From: Bacteroidales bacterium
GTDB taxonomy: Bacteria > Bacteroidota > Bacteroidia > Bacteroidales > WCHB1-69
DNA: 64,000 nucleotides
Direction: 5' to 3'
NCBI GenBank assembly: GCA_045130275.1
Contig: JBGUPL010000081.1
Span: forward strand, 1,270 to 65,269
The notes below the pieces were generated by a model. That model was not told where the DNA came from and did no database searches. It saw nothing but the letters and a program-made list of their open reading frames with translations. Shown here piece by piece: positions 24,410-33,171 of the stretch; position 1 is the first letter of the stretch, and every line of letters begins with the position of its first letter. The translations under genes were made by a program, and so were the position numbers.

Positions 24410-25609
24410 CTAGTTCGTGCGTCCTGGATAGACTTTCAGGGCTTCGCGGAGACACTCGACGGCTTTCTCCAAGTCGGAGACGTTGAGGCAATAGCTGATG
24501 CGGACTTCGTTGACGCCTTGGCCTTTCTTGGAATAGAAGCCGGTGGCGGGAGCGAACATCACGGTAGCGCCTTTGTAGCTGAAATCTTCGAGCAGCCAGC
24601 GGCAGAATTTGTCGGAGTCGTCGATGGGCAGACGTGCGACGCAGTAGAAGGCACCCTTCGGCATCGGGACGAAGCAGCCAGGGATGGCGTTCACGCCGTT
24701 GACGATGGTGTTGCGGCGGGCCACATACTCTTTGTTGACGCTGTCGAAATAGACCTTGGGGGTGTCAACGGCGGCCTCACCGAGAATCTGTCCGTAGGAC
24801 GGCGGGCTCAAACGGGCCTGCGCCATCTTCATGGCCGTGGCATAAACTTCCTTGTTATGCGTGATGAATGCACCCACACGCACGCCACATGCACTGTAAC
24901 GCTTTGATACAGAGTCTAAAAGCACTACATTGTCAGCAATGTCGGTCAGTTCCATGACGGAGAAGTGTTTCACGCCGTCATAGCAGAATTCACGATACAC
25001 CTCGTCGGCGAAGAGGAAGAGGTCGTGTTTTTTGGCGATCTCACCCAACTTCAGGATTTCCTCTTTGGAATAGAGGTAGCCGGTGGGGTTGTTGGGGTTA
25101 CAGATCATGATGGCCTTGGTCTTCGGAGTGATGACCTTCTCAAAATCCTCGATGGAGGGCAGCGCGAAGCCGTTCTCGATCGTGGAGATGATGGGTTTCA
25201 CCACCACGCCGCACATCGTGGCGAAAGCGTTGTAGTTGGCGTAGAAAGGTTCCGGGATGATGATTTCGTCGCCGGGGTCCATGCAGCTGTTGAAGGCGAA
25301 AAGGAGGCCTTCGCTGCCGCCGGTGGTGACGATGATCTCGTCAGTGGTGACCTCGATGCCCACGCTGTGGTAGTATTCCACCAGTTTCTTGCGGTAGCTG
25401 AGATTGCCGGCGGAGTGGCTGTAGGCAATCACCGGAATGTCGGCGTTGCGCACGGCGTCACGGGCTCCTTTCGGGGTCTCGATGTCGGGTTGACCGATGT
25501 TCAGATGATAAACGTGAATGCCGCGACTTTTGGCAGCATCGGAGAAGGGAACGAGCTTCCGAATAGGGGAAGACTGCATGCTTGCACCTTTTTGAGAAAT
25601 TTTCGGCAT
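24410..25609 (-). CDS. PLP-dependent aminotransferase (class I, aspartate-aminotransferase-like)
   Basis: SVSKRYSACGVRVG (PLP lysine), NPNNPTG and a typical length of 399 aa. Confidence 0.85.
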   Translation of the reverse strand: MPKISQKGASMQSSPIRKLVPFSDAAKSRGIHVYHLNIGQPDIETPKGARDAVRNADIPVIAYSHSAGNLSYRKKLVEYYHSVGIEVTTDEIIVTTGGSEGLLFAFNSCMDPGDEIIIPEPFYANYNAFATMCGVVVKPIISTIENGFALPSIEDFEKVITPKTKAIMICNPNNPTGYLYSKEEILKLGEIAKKHDLFLFADEVYREFCYDGVKHFSVMELTDIADNVVLLDSVSKRYSACGVRVGAFITHNKEVYATAMKMAQARLSPPSYGQILGEAAVDTPKVYFDSVNKEYVARRNTIVNGVNAIPGCFVPMPKGAFYCVARLPIDDSDKFCRWLLEDFSYKGATVMFAPATGFYSKKGQGVNEVRISYCLNVSDLEKAVECLREALKVYPGRTN

Positions 25610-25770
25610 AATTTTTTATGTTATTAGATTGATAATCAGTTAGATAGTTTTATCTATTTAAGTTGCAAATATACAAAATCTTTGTACTGTGCAATGATAA
25701 ATTTGATATTTATGCCGAATGAAGATCGAAGATTGGTGCAAGTCGATCTAGATGGGGATATTTCCGAACC

Positions 25771-26193
25771 CTATTCCACCACTACCTTCAGCACACGCTG
25801 GTAATCAGGACTATACACCCTAAGGCGGCACACATCGCCCGCATGATATAGCGAGTCGCTGAACCACATCCTGAACTCGGCGGAAGTGGTGAGCACCGCG
25901 CCGTTGCTGCCCCCGTTGTATCCTGTACCTTGCTGGTAGATGTGGAAATTGTCGCTCCCGTTGACCAGCGACTCCGGATAGCCCGTGGGAAGCTGCCAAT
26001 AGAAATCATAGTGTGAACGCTGGGAAACCGTCTTGATGCCAATCTCCTGGTATGAGTTCAGCGGGACCACAAGCGTATCGGAGGTAAGTTCCTCCCCTTC
26101 CACATAAAACCGCACACTCGGGTCCACCGCCGGCCGCTCGCAAGCAGCGATGACCAAGACAAACAATAGTGAAATAAAAGCTACTCTTTTCAT
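25771..26193 (-). CDS. lipoprotein, unknown function (last gene of the ECF-sigma operon)
   Basis: Lipobox VIAAC. Confidence 0.6.
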   Translation of the reverse strand: MKRVAFISLLFVLVIAACERPAVDPSVRFYVEGEELTSDTLVVPLNSYQEIGIKTVSQRSHYDFYWQLPTGYPESLVNGSDNFHIYQQGTGYNGGSNGAVLTTSAEFRMWFSDSLYHAGDVCRLRVYSPDYQRVLKVVVE

Positions 26194-26201
26194 AATTTTA
26201 A

Positions 26202-26236
26202 TAATTCTCTTAATTTCTTAGTTTCTTAATTCTTTT
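26202..26236. repeat. heptad array, TTCTTAA flavour
   Basis: TAATTCTC TTAATTTC TTAGTTTC TTAATTC, filling the spacer between two operon genes. Confidence 0.6.
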
Positions 26237-26238
26237 CA

Positions 26239-27963
26239 TTAGAACTCATATCCTATGCCAACACTTCCCAGACCCTTGTATCCGGCACCCAGTTCAATGC
26301 TGCCGAACACGTGGCGCCAGCCGGCCTTCACGCCCAACAGCGTCACGTGGAAGGTGGAGAACTGCGTGGGCGTATAGTCACCGTTTATGCCGTCGCTGAA
26401 CCACGGATGACGGTGCTCTGGGTAGGTGACATAGTAGCAATCCTCGGTGCCGAAAAATTGCGCGAACCCGACCGACAGAGCCGAATAGAGGGTGACGTGC
26501 GGACGGTTCAGATAGGAGAATCGCACCTCGGGCATCAAGGCAACCGAATAGAATTCGCGGTTGCAGGAAGCTATGAAATCTGAACCGTTTTGTATCTTTT
26601 CAGGATCCCGATAGTAGGCTGTACTGAGCGACAGGCCAAGCCAGAACCATTTAGCCACACGATAGTGGTAGCCGATGGAAAACACCGGTGTGCTGAAGAA
26701 ATCCTCGTTGCGCCAGCTGCGGTTGGGTTCCATGCTGTTCGGATAGACGAACACAAAGTAGCGGTCGAAGAGCATCACGCCCGTGGGGTCGCACACGTCA
26801 AATTTGAACTCGTGGCGATACAGCCCTTCTTCTCTCCACTTTTCACATTTCTCAGCACACCGTTTCGACTTTTGAAATGTCTGGATGAAAGTGATTTGCG
26901 TGTTGAACATATTGCTGCGCAAGCGGAAAGTACCGTTGTCGTATGAGACTGGCATTATGTGGTCAACTCCATTATAACCGTCAATCCGTACCGAATAGTT
27001 GCCGCTGGCGAAATCCCTGAACGGGAGGTCTATGCCGACGGTCCAGCGGAGCAGTCCACCGTAACCCAACCGGAAATAGAAACCCGCATTCGCCAGCAAG
27101 TCCACATGGAAGCGATTGGCATCCAGCACTTCCGGGGCCAGTCGCAGATGGTCGTAATACTCGGTGGTGTCAGGCAATATCAGGCCAGGCATGGAGTACG
27201 GACTGCTGACATCATTGTCGTAGCCAGCCACGAAGGTGTACCACGGCATACGGAGGCGCACGCCGGCAGAGAGCGTCACCCACACCTTCTGCGAAACGGG
27301 CGCGTGAAACTCGAACTTCACCGGCATTGAGAAACCGGTGCTGTAGATGCCATAGCTGGTGTTGTTAAAGGGCACTATGTTATCGTGTGTTATCCATGTC
27401 TCGTCATTGCGATTGTGGAAATGGAGTGCCCCTGTGGTGCCGTATTCGAGTCCTGCCAAGAGGCCGAGGTACTTGGCGAAGTGGTAGGCGAACTCCAACC
27501 CGACATGGCCGCCAATGGAATTTTTGGCCTTCATATGCTGTGTGTTAGACAGTTTCGCCTTGGACAAAATGTCGGCCTCCAGCACATAACCCAACTGGAA
27601 ACCCTTGAAGAACAGGGCCTCCGGCAGATCGGCATACCACTTCTTCTTCGGCTCTTTCTGATGGAGAGCCTTTTCTGAGGCGGGCGTTTGGATGGTCTGG
27701 ACGGTGGTGTCCGCCTTTGCGGGGAGCGTATTCTCCTCTCCATTCAGACTTTCGGCGGCCTTCTCGTTTCCGACGTTATGATGAAGCCGGATGGTGTCGT
27801 GCAGGAATACCGTGTCACGGGAGACGATGGTGTCATAAACCTTTTGTGTCTCAATCACGTAGATGGTGTCGCGCTGTTGCGCCGCAAGCTCGTCCATCCC
27901 CGCCAGCATCAGCACGACAACCAGCATCAGGCTATATTTCTTGAACATGAACAGATCTTTCAT
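26239..27963 (-). CDS. large predicted outer-membrane beta-barrel protein, unknown function
   Basis: Start set at the ATG at 27963 (MKDLFMFKKYSLMLVVVLMLAG). The track start at 27972 is a TTG. N-terminal DT[IV] repeats, strand-like periodicity and a C-terminal GYEF. Confidence 0.65.
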   Translation of the reverse strand: MKDLFMFKKYSLMLVVVLMLAGMDELAAQQRDTIYVIETQKVYDTIVSRDTVFLHDTIRLHHNVGNEKAAESLNGEENTLPAKADTTVQTIQTPASEKALHQKEPKKKWYADLPEALFFKGFQLGYVLEADILSKAKLSNTQHMKAKNSIGGHVGLEFAYHFAKYLGLLAGLEYGTTGALHFHNRNDETWITHDNIVPFNNTSYGIYSTGFSMPVKFEFHAPVSQKVWVTLSAGVRLRMPWYTFVAGYDNDVSSPYSMPGLILPDTTEYYDHLRLAPEVLDANRFHVDLLANAGFYFRLGYGGLLRWTVGIDLPFRDFASGNYSVRIDGYNGVDHIMPVSYDNGTFRLRSNMFNTQITFIQTFQKSKRCAEKCEKWREEGLYRHEFKFDVCDPTGVMLFDRYFVFVYPNSMEPNRSWRNEDFFSTPVFSIGYHYRVAKWFWLGLSLSTAYYRDPEKIQNGSDFIASCNREFYSVALMPEVRFSYLNRPHVTLYSALSVGFAQFFGTEDCYYVTYPEHRHPWFSDGINGDYTPTQFSTFHVTLLGVKAGWRHVFGSIELGAGYKGLGSVGIGYEF

Positions 27964-27968
27964 AATTC

Positions 27969-28547
27969 TCAATTTTCAATATACACGGTATCTTTGACAA
28001 CGACAGTTTCGTTGATTCGCACGGTGTCGCGCTGGACGACAGTCTTCTTGATGATGACGGGCTCGGATGTTGTGGATGTCGCTGTGGTTTTGGGAGTTGT
28101 CGTTTTGACGGTTTCCTCCTTTTGAGAAGAAACCTTGGAACTATTTGAAGCGGTTGATGTTTGGCTCCCCGGCTCAACAACAGCCTGCTCAGAGGATTCT
28201 TCTGTATAAAGGACAGTACTGTCTGTGAAGGGCTCTTCCGATAAGGAGTCAGCCGTCACCAAGGCGGTTTGTTCGGCGGGAAGCTTTGAGGGCGTCTCGT
28301 CTTGCAGTGCGTGCGTGACCAGCAGGGTTCCGCCCACGCCCACGGCGAATGAGACGGTCCCTATCAGGATCTCCTTGGCGTGCGACAGCAGCCAGATGCC
28401 CGCGCCGGTTTTGGAAGCGGCTGCGGCAGCGGCAACCTGGGCGTCTGTCATCGGGGCCTGCGGCATGCGGGAGACCTCGGAGACGCCCCGCTCAAACAAT
28501 CGGTCCAAATCTTTAGCACTGCTCATATGATTCTTATGTCGTGTCAT
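27969..28547 (-). CDS. single-pass membrane protein, possible anti-sigma-like component
   Basis: ~80-aa cytoplasmic head, TM helix ILIGTVSFAVGVGGTLLV, S/T/E-rich linker and a C-terminal DTV repeat motif. Confidence 0.55.
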   Translation of the reverse strand: MTRHKNHMSSAKDLDRLFERGVSEVSRMPQAPMTDAQVAAAAAASKTGAGIWLLSHAKEILIGTVSFAVGVGGTLLVTHALQDETPSKLPAEQTALVTADSLSEEPFTDSTVLYTEESSEQAVVEPGSQTSTASNSSKVSSQKEETVKTTTPKTTATSTTSEPVIIKKTVVQRDTVRINETVVVKDTVYIEN

Positions 28548-28617
28548 GAATGGAAATGAGGGATGGTTGGGTTTTGTTGAATTGTCACTATATTACGATT
28601 TTTTTGGCTGTTGGCCG

Positions 28618-29043
28618 TTAGAATGTGAGGGTGTTCTGATACCAGAAGGTACCGTCAATGTTGATAGTGATCGTGTAGGTGCCACTGCGAATGTTGTGAA
28701 GTGTATATTCCAATGTCTTGGAACACAAACAGTCCGCAGAGATGTTGTCATCCACGCTATAGTTGATGACGATGTCGTTTCCTGCTATCTGTGCATTCAC
28801 ATCCACGTTGGAAGCTGCACAGTTGAGCAACATTTCGTGGGTGACGTGCAAGACGCCGTGAGAATAGGAGAAGACAGGATCGCTTTCGCCGTCCTTCTCA
28901 CCAGCATGGCAGGATGAGAGTTCAGAATCCGATACCTGCACATCCGTGTGAATGACCGGTCTTTCACAGGCCAGCAGCAGCCATAGGCCAGCCAAGCCTA
29001 TGACAGATATTAAACTAAGGGTGATACTGATCTTTTTCATCAT
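28618..29043 (-). CDS. lipoprotein, unknown function
   Basis: Lipobox LLLAC. The stop codon lies in GGCCGTTAG next to TTGGCTGTTGG. Confidence 0.6.
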   Translation of the reverse strand: MMKKISITLSLISVIGLAGLWLLLACERPVIHTDVQVSDSELSSCHAGEKDGESDPVFSYSHGVLHVTHEMLLNCAASNVDVNAQIAGNDIVINYSVDDNISADCLCSKTLEYTLHNIRSGTYTITINIDGTFWYQNTLTF

Positions 29044-29054
29044 ATTGATTGTCT

Positions 29055-29100
29055 CTTTAACTTTGAACTCTTAATTTCAAACTCCTAATTTTTAACTTCC
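29055..29100. repeat. heptad-like array (CTTTAAC TTTGAAC TCTTAAT TTCAAAC TCCTAAT TTTTAAC TTCC)
   Basis: 7-bp period. Overlaps the stop and the last codons of the 174-aa gene. Confidence 0.6.
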
Positions 29101-29609
29101 AAGTAGTTACTTTCTTCCGTCGCTTGGTAATGCTCGTCCGTGATGGTAAAAGTGAGTTTCCCATAGGATGGATGACCGTTGAACCAGCGGCCGTAGTGGC
29201 GTGTCTCCTCATATTGATAGAGGGTGGAACTGAAATTATAGGGACTGATGCCTGTTGTGTCCCCAGCATAATACATTACTTGCGGCCCAAGTTCCCCATC
29301 GAAGCGAAAAGTCACGCTGTTACTGTAATATTGGAGAAATGCCTGTACCCCTTCTTCAAAACTGGCAGCACCGACACCGCCGGAGTGTTGTATCACCACT
29401 TCCTGCCCCGGGACAAGCGTGTAACTTTCGTTTGTCCAGGTATGGGTGGAGTCCGTTCCACTATCGTACCAGCTATATGGGGCGGGGATGACGGTCACGC
29501 TGTGCGAAGAGGCGTTACGGATGAGCATATCCTCGTTGTAGCCTGGATCGCAAGCGGTGGCCAGCACCGTTAGCAAGATAATTGCTGTGAATTGTATCGT
29601 CAATTTCAT
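29085..29609 (-). CDS. lipoprotein, unknown function
   Basis: Lipobox LATAC. Confidence 0.6.
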   Translation of the reverse strand: MKLTIQFTAIILLTVLATACDPGYNEDMLIRNASSHSVTVIPAPYSWYDSGTDSTHTWTNESYTLVPGQEVVIQHSGGVGAASFEEGVQAFLQYYSNSVTFRFDGELGPQVMYYAGDTTGISPYNFSSTLYQYEETRHYGRWFNGHPSYGKLTFTITDEHYQATEESNYLEVKN

Positions 29610-29649
29610 ATCTGTATTATTTGGAATTTACCATCATTTTTTTCTTGTT

Positions 29650-29740
29650 ACCCGCACACCTGCGGCGTGCGAATCTCTATCGACATCGTCCTTCCCTACC
29701 GAGTCTTGCAGACCTGACGTTCTGCACCGAGGTCTCATAT
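29650..29740 (-). repeat. two-hairpin REP-like element inside the ECF operon
   Basis: Hairpins at 29653-29671 and 29708-29725 with the CCCTACCGAG linker. Homologous to 11985-12075. Confidence 0.75.
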
Positions 29741-29756
29741 CCAACTTCTTAACTTC

Positions 29757-30368
29757 TCATTTCTTTAGAAAAGTATAGCAGAAACCATCATACATTCCGT
29801 CTTCGCACATCGAAAACACTTGCCCCTCTGCCTCGCTGTAACCGAGGGTGGCGAGAAACTTGTGCGGCGTGGCCAACGAAATCTTCCCGTTGAAGGCATC
29901 TGCGATTTTTTTATGTTGCGACTCGGTAAGTCGGAAGCGTATGTTGAACCAGGAATAGAAAGGTTCGTCCTGGTCTCCCTTGTTGGTGTATAACGTTTCA
30001 TCCACGTCATAATCAATGTGATAGGTTCCGGAGACAACCTTCTCGCCATCTTTAAGTAGGGTGAAACTGCTGCCGTTGAAGACGAGTTCGGCCTCGAAAC
30101 CTTCGCTCTCGGGAGTGAACCACACGCCGGCGATGCTTCCCGTAGTAGCGGTCCACCGCCAGGTACCGTCAAGTGCTTTCTTTTCGGGTTTCGTGCATGC
30201 GGTCATCAGGAAAGCGACAGCCACCAGGAGGATGGCTACGCCCCAAACTGCGCTGCGCTTGGGTGTGGTTACTTGCCCTGTCGAGCTCTTGCCCCTTGAA
30301 CTACCCCGTCCTTCGGGCACCCCTTCTAAAAGATGGGGAATGGACTGCTTAAGGAATAATGTTGCCAT
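29757..30368 (-). CDS. lipocalin-like lipoprotein with an unusual 40-aa N-terminal extension
   Basis: Lipobox FLMTAC, then LDGTWRW (lipocalin-like start). The only in-frame ATG (30368) and the first ~35 codons lie in a REP-like element. Confidence 0.55.
   Translation of the reverse strand: MATLFLKQSIPHLLEGVPEGRGSSRGKSSTGQVTTPKRSAVWGVAILLVAVAFLMTACTKPEKKALDGTWRWTATTGSIAGVWFTPESEGFEAELVFNGSSFTLLKDGEKVVSGTYHIDYDVDETLYTNKGDQDEPFYSWFNIRFRLTESQHKKIADAFNGKISLATPHKFLATLGYSEAEGQVFSMCEDGMYDGFCYTFLKK
30267..30359 (-). repeat. expanded copy of the TTCCTTRAGCAG...GGGGCAAGAGCTCGACAGGGCA element, inside the annotated coding sequence
   Basis: Reverse strand reads TTATTCCTTAAGCAG...CCCCATCTTTTAGAAGGGG...GGGGCAAGAGCTCGACAGGGCAAG. 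Compare 34280-34336 and 52458-52500. Confidence 0.65.
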
Positions 30369-30380
30369 AATATAAATTTT

Positions 30381-30899
30381 TTAGTTTCTTAATTTCTTGA
30401 TTCTCATCGCCGTCAGCATCCCTTGTAATTCCGCCCTTGCGCGGGAGAGCAGCACTTTGGAGTTGGCGATGGAGATGTCCAGTTTTTTGGCAATCTGTTT
30501 GTGCGACCAGTGTTCTACCGCATAGAGGTTGAAGACCGTGCGCTGCTTGACACCCAGTTTCTGAATCACCTCCTCGAAATCCTCCCGCGTGAACTCGAAC
30601 CCATCCATCGTTTTTTCCTCTATCTCCTCCACAATTATGTCGGGAAGATTGTCGTCCGCCGCCACCATTTCGGGGCGGTCGCGCAGGTACATCAGCGACT
30701 CGTTGACGGCTATCTTCTTTAGCCACCCCTCGAAACTGCCCCACGCGTGATACGAACTGCCCTTTTCCATCGCCTTCAAGAAAGCGTCCTGCGCCAAATC
30801 CTCCGCCACCTGCCAGTCGCCGATATAGCGATAGCATACGCCCACCATCTTGCCGATGTTGCGTCGGTACTCCTTTGCCCAGAATTCAGCTTTCTTCAT
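30381..30899 (-). CDS. ECF-type RNA polymerase sigma-70 factor
   Basis: Region 2 (DLAQDAFLKA) and region 4 HTH (SHKQIAKKLDISIANSKVLLSRAR). The C-terminal RIKKLRN and the stop codon are encoded by heptads GAATCAA GAAATTAA GAAACTAA. Confidence 0.85.
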   Translation of the reverse strand: MKKAEFWAKEYRRNIGKMVGVCYRYIGDWQVAEDLAQDAFLKAMEKGSSYHAWGSFEGWLKKIAVNESLMYLRDRPEMVAADDNLPDIIVEEIEEKTMDGFEFTREDFEEVIQKLGVKQRTVFNLYAVEHWSHKQIAKKLDISIANSKVLLSRARAELQGMLTAMRIKKLRN

Positions 30900-31004
30900 C
30901 TATTCTTGCCGTTCTAAAATGTAGATGCAAAAATACAAAATGGTTACAAAAAAAATGTATTTTCGCCGTCTATTTTGTTATGCATTGTGCATTGAGAATT
31001 GAAA

Positions 31005-31766
31005 ATGGTACGAGCAAAAAAACGTTTAGGACAACATTTTCTGAACAACCAAGCGATCGCGCAGGACATCGCCGACGCCATCCGCACGCCTGACGCGCAC
31101 GTGCTGGAAATCGGTCCCGGCATGGGCGTGCTCACGCAATATCTTCTGCAGCGCGAGTTCCCGCAGTTCGCCGTCATCGAGCTGGACGAGGAATCCGTTG
31201 AGTATCTGCAGGTTCACTATCCGGAATTAGGTAACAACCTGATTCACGGAGACTTCCTGCAGTATCCGCTGGCCTCGTTTTATGACGGCCCGAAAGTGAT
31301 TGTCGGCAATTTTCCTTACAACATCTCCTCGCAGATTCTGTTCAAGGTGTTGGACGAGAAGGAGACCGTGGTGGAGGTCGTGGGCATGTTCCAGAAGGAG
31401 GTGGCCGAGCGGGTGTGCGCGCACGCGGGCAACAAGCAATATGGCATCCTAAGCGTCTTGTTACAAGCCTATTACGATGCTGAATACTTGTTTACAGTGC
31501 AAGAGCATGAGTTCACGCCGCCGCCGCAGGTGAAGTCGGCCGTCATACGCCTCACCCGCAACTTCGACAAGAAGCTGAACTGCGACGAGAAGACCTTCCG
31601 CACGGTGGTGAAAACGGCCTTCAACTATCGCCGCAAGACCCTCCGCAACGCCCTGCAGTCGTTGCCTTTTGACAAGACATTCGTGGAAACTGAGCCGCTG
31701 TTCACGAAACGCGCCGAACAGTTGTCGTTGCAGGATTTCGAGTATTTGACGGGGAAATTGCTGTAG
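31005..31766 (+). CDS. rsmA: 16S rRNA (adenine1518/1519-N6)-dimethyltransferase
   Basis: RLGQHFL, VLEIGPGMGVLT and VGNFPYNISS. Start is the ATG at 31005. The track start at 30999 is a TTG. Confidence 0.9.
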   Translation: MVRAKKRLGQHFLNNQAIAQDIADAIRTPDAHVLEIGPGMGVLTQYLLQREFPQFAVIELDEESVEYLQVHYPELGNNLIHGDFLQYPLASFYDGPKVIVGNFPYNISSQILFKVLDEKETVVEVVGMFQKEVAERVCAHAGNKQYGILSVLLQAYYDAEYLFTVQEHEFTPPPQVKSAVIRLTRNFDKKLNCDEKTFRTVVKTAFNYRRKTLRNALQSLPFDKTFVETEPLFTKRAEQLSLQDFEYLTGKLL

Positions 31767-31767
31767 T

Positions 31768-31832
31768 GGCGTATCGCATACGCAGTATCGCATACGCCCT
31801 ATCTGTAGAGACGCGCCATGGCACGTCTCTAC
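31768..31832 (+). terminator. tandem hairpins after rsmA
   Basis: GGCGTAT...ATACGCC (31768-31798), then GTAGAGACG-CGCCATGGCA-CGTCTCTAC (31805-31832). Confidence 0.6.
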
Positions 31833-31872
31833 GACGGGAAAAACATTTCTCCCCACATATCCGTATTTTGTC

Positions 31873-31880
31873 TATCTTTG
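31873..31880 (+). promoter_or_regulatory. -7 promoter box TATCTTTG
   Basis: 20 nt upstream of the rarA ATG. Confidence 0.6.
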
Positions 31881-31899
31881 CGCGGTCAAATTCCGTGTC

Positions 31900-33171
31900 A
31901 TGCAGAAACAGCCGTTAGCAGAGATCCTTCGCCCGCACTCTATTGAGGGCTACATCGGTCAGGAGCACCTGATGGGTGAGGGGGCGGTGTTGCGCACGGC
32001 CATCGAGAGCGGCAACATCCAATCGATGATCTTCTGGGGACCGCCGGGCGTGGGCAAAACGACTCTCGCACTGTTGATTGCGCAATCCATCGACGCGGAG
32101 TTTTTCACACTCAGCGCCATCAGCAGCGGCGTGAAGGACATTCGCGAAGTCATCGACAAGGCCAAGAAGTCCGAAAAACGCTGCATCCTCTTCATCGACG
32201 AAATCCACCGCTTCTCCAAGTCGCAGCAGGACTCGCTGCTCGGCGCGGTGGAGCAGGGCGTGGTCACCCTCATCGGCGCCACCACGGAGAACCCCTCTTT
32301 CGAAGTCATCTCCCCGTTGCTCTCCCGCTGTCAGGTTTATGTTTTGAAAGAACTTTCCAAAGATAATCTTGAGCAGCTGCTGCAAACCGCTATCGGTTAT
32401 TTGGAAGGGCAGATGAACTGCAAAATCAAATTGGAGAACACGGAAGCCCTGATGCGCATTTCCGGTGGAGATGCCCGTAAACTACTGAATGCTATTGAAT
32501 TAGTGTCTTGGATGACCCCGCCTGTGGATGGCGTCATTACGCTCACCCGCGAGCAAATCATCCATGTCATTCAGCAGAATTTGGCGCTTTACGACAAGAA
32601 GGGTGAACAACACTACGACATCATTTCCGCGTTCATCAAGTCGTTGCGCGGCAGCGACCCCAACGCCGCGGTCTATTGGATGGCTCGGATGCTGGTGGCC
32701 GGAGAGGACCCGCTCTTCATCGCCCGACGCATGGTCATCCTCGCATCCGAAGACATCGGCAACGCCAACCCCAATGCGCTGTTGCTAGCCAACAACTGCT
32801 TTCAGGCAGTGAACGTCATCGGGATGCCGGAAGCGCGCATCGTGCTGTCGCAAACAGCTGTGTATCTGGCCTCTTCGCCCAAGAGCAACGCCTCCTACAT
32901 GGCCATTGAGAATGCCTACGGGCTTGTCAAGCAGACCGGCGACCTCTCCGTGCCGATGCACATCCGCAACGCCCCGACCAAGCTGATGAAGGAACTCGGC
33001 TACCACAAGGGCTACCAATACGCTCACGATTACGAACACAATTTCGTGAATCAGGAGTTCCTGCCCGAGCAGATTGCGGGTACGAAACTCTACGAACCGC
33101 AGAACAATCCTCGCGAAAACGAACTGAGACGCTATCTGAGAAGCTGTTGGAACGAGAAATACCGCTATGTG
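31900..33171 (+). CDS. rarA: replication-associated recombination protein A (AAA+ ATPase), lacking its own stop codon
   Basis: Walker A GPPGVGKTT, Walker B ILFIDEIHRF and the MgsA C-terminal helical domain. The frame continues uninterrupted into the next module. Confidence 0.85.

Noticed and set aside
27964-27972. ATGA-type overlap between the 192-aa gene and the barrel gene
   Set aside because: The track start at 27972 is a TTG. The first ATG is at 27963, five nt after the upstream TGA, so there is no overlap.
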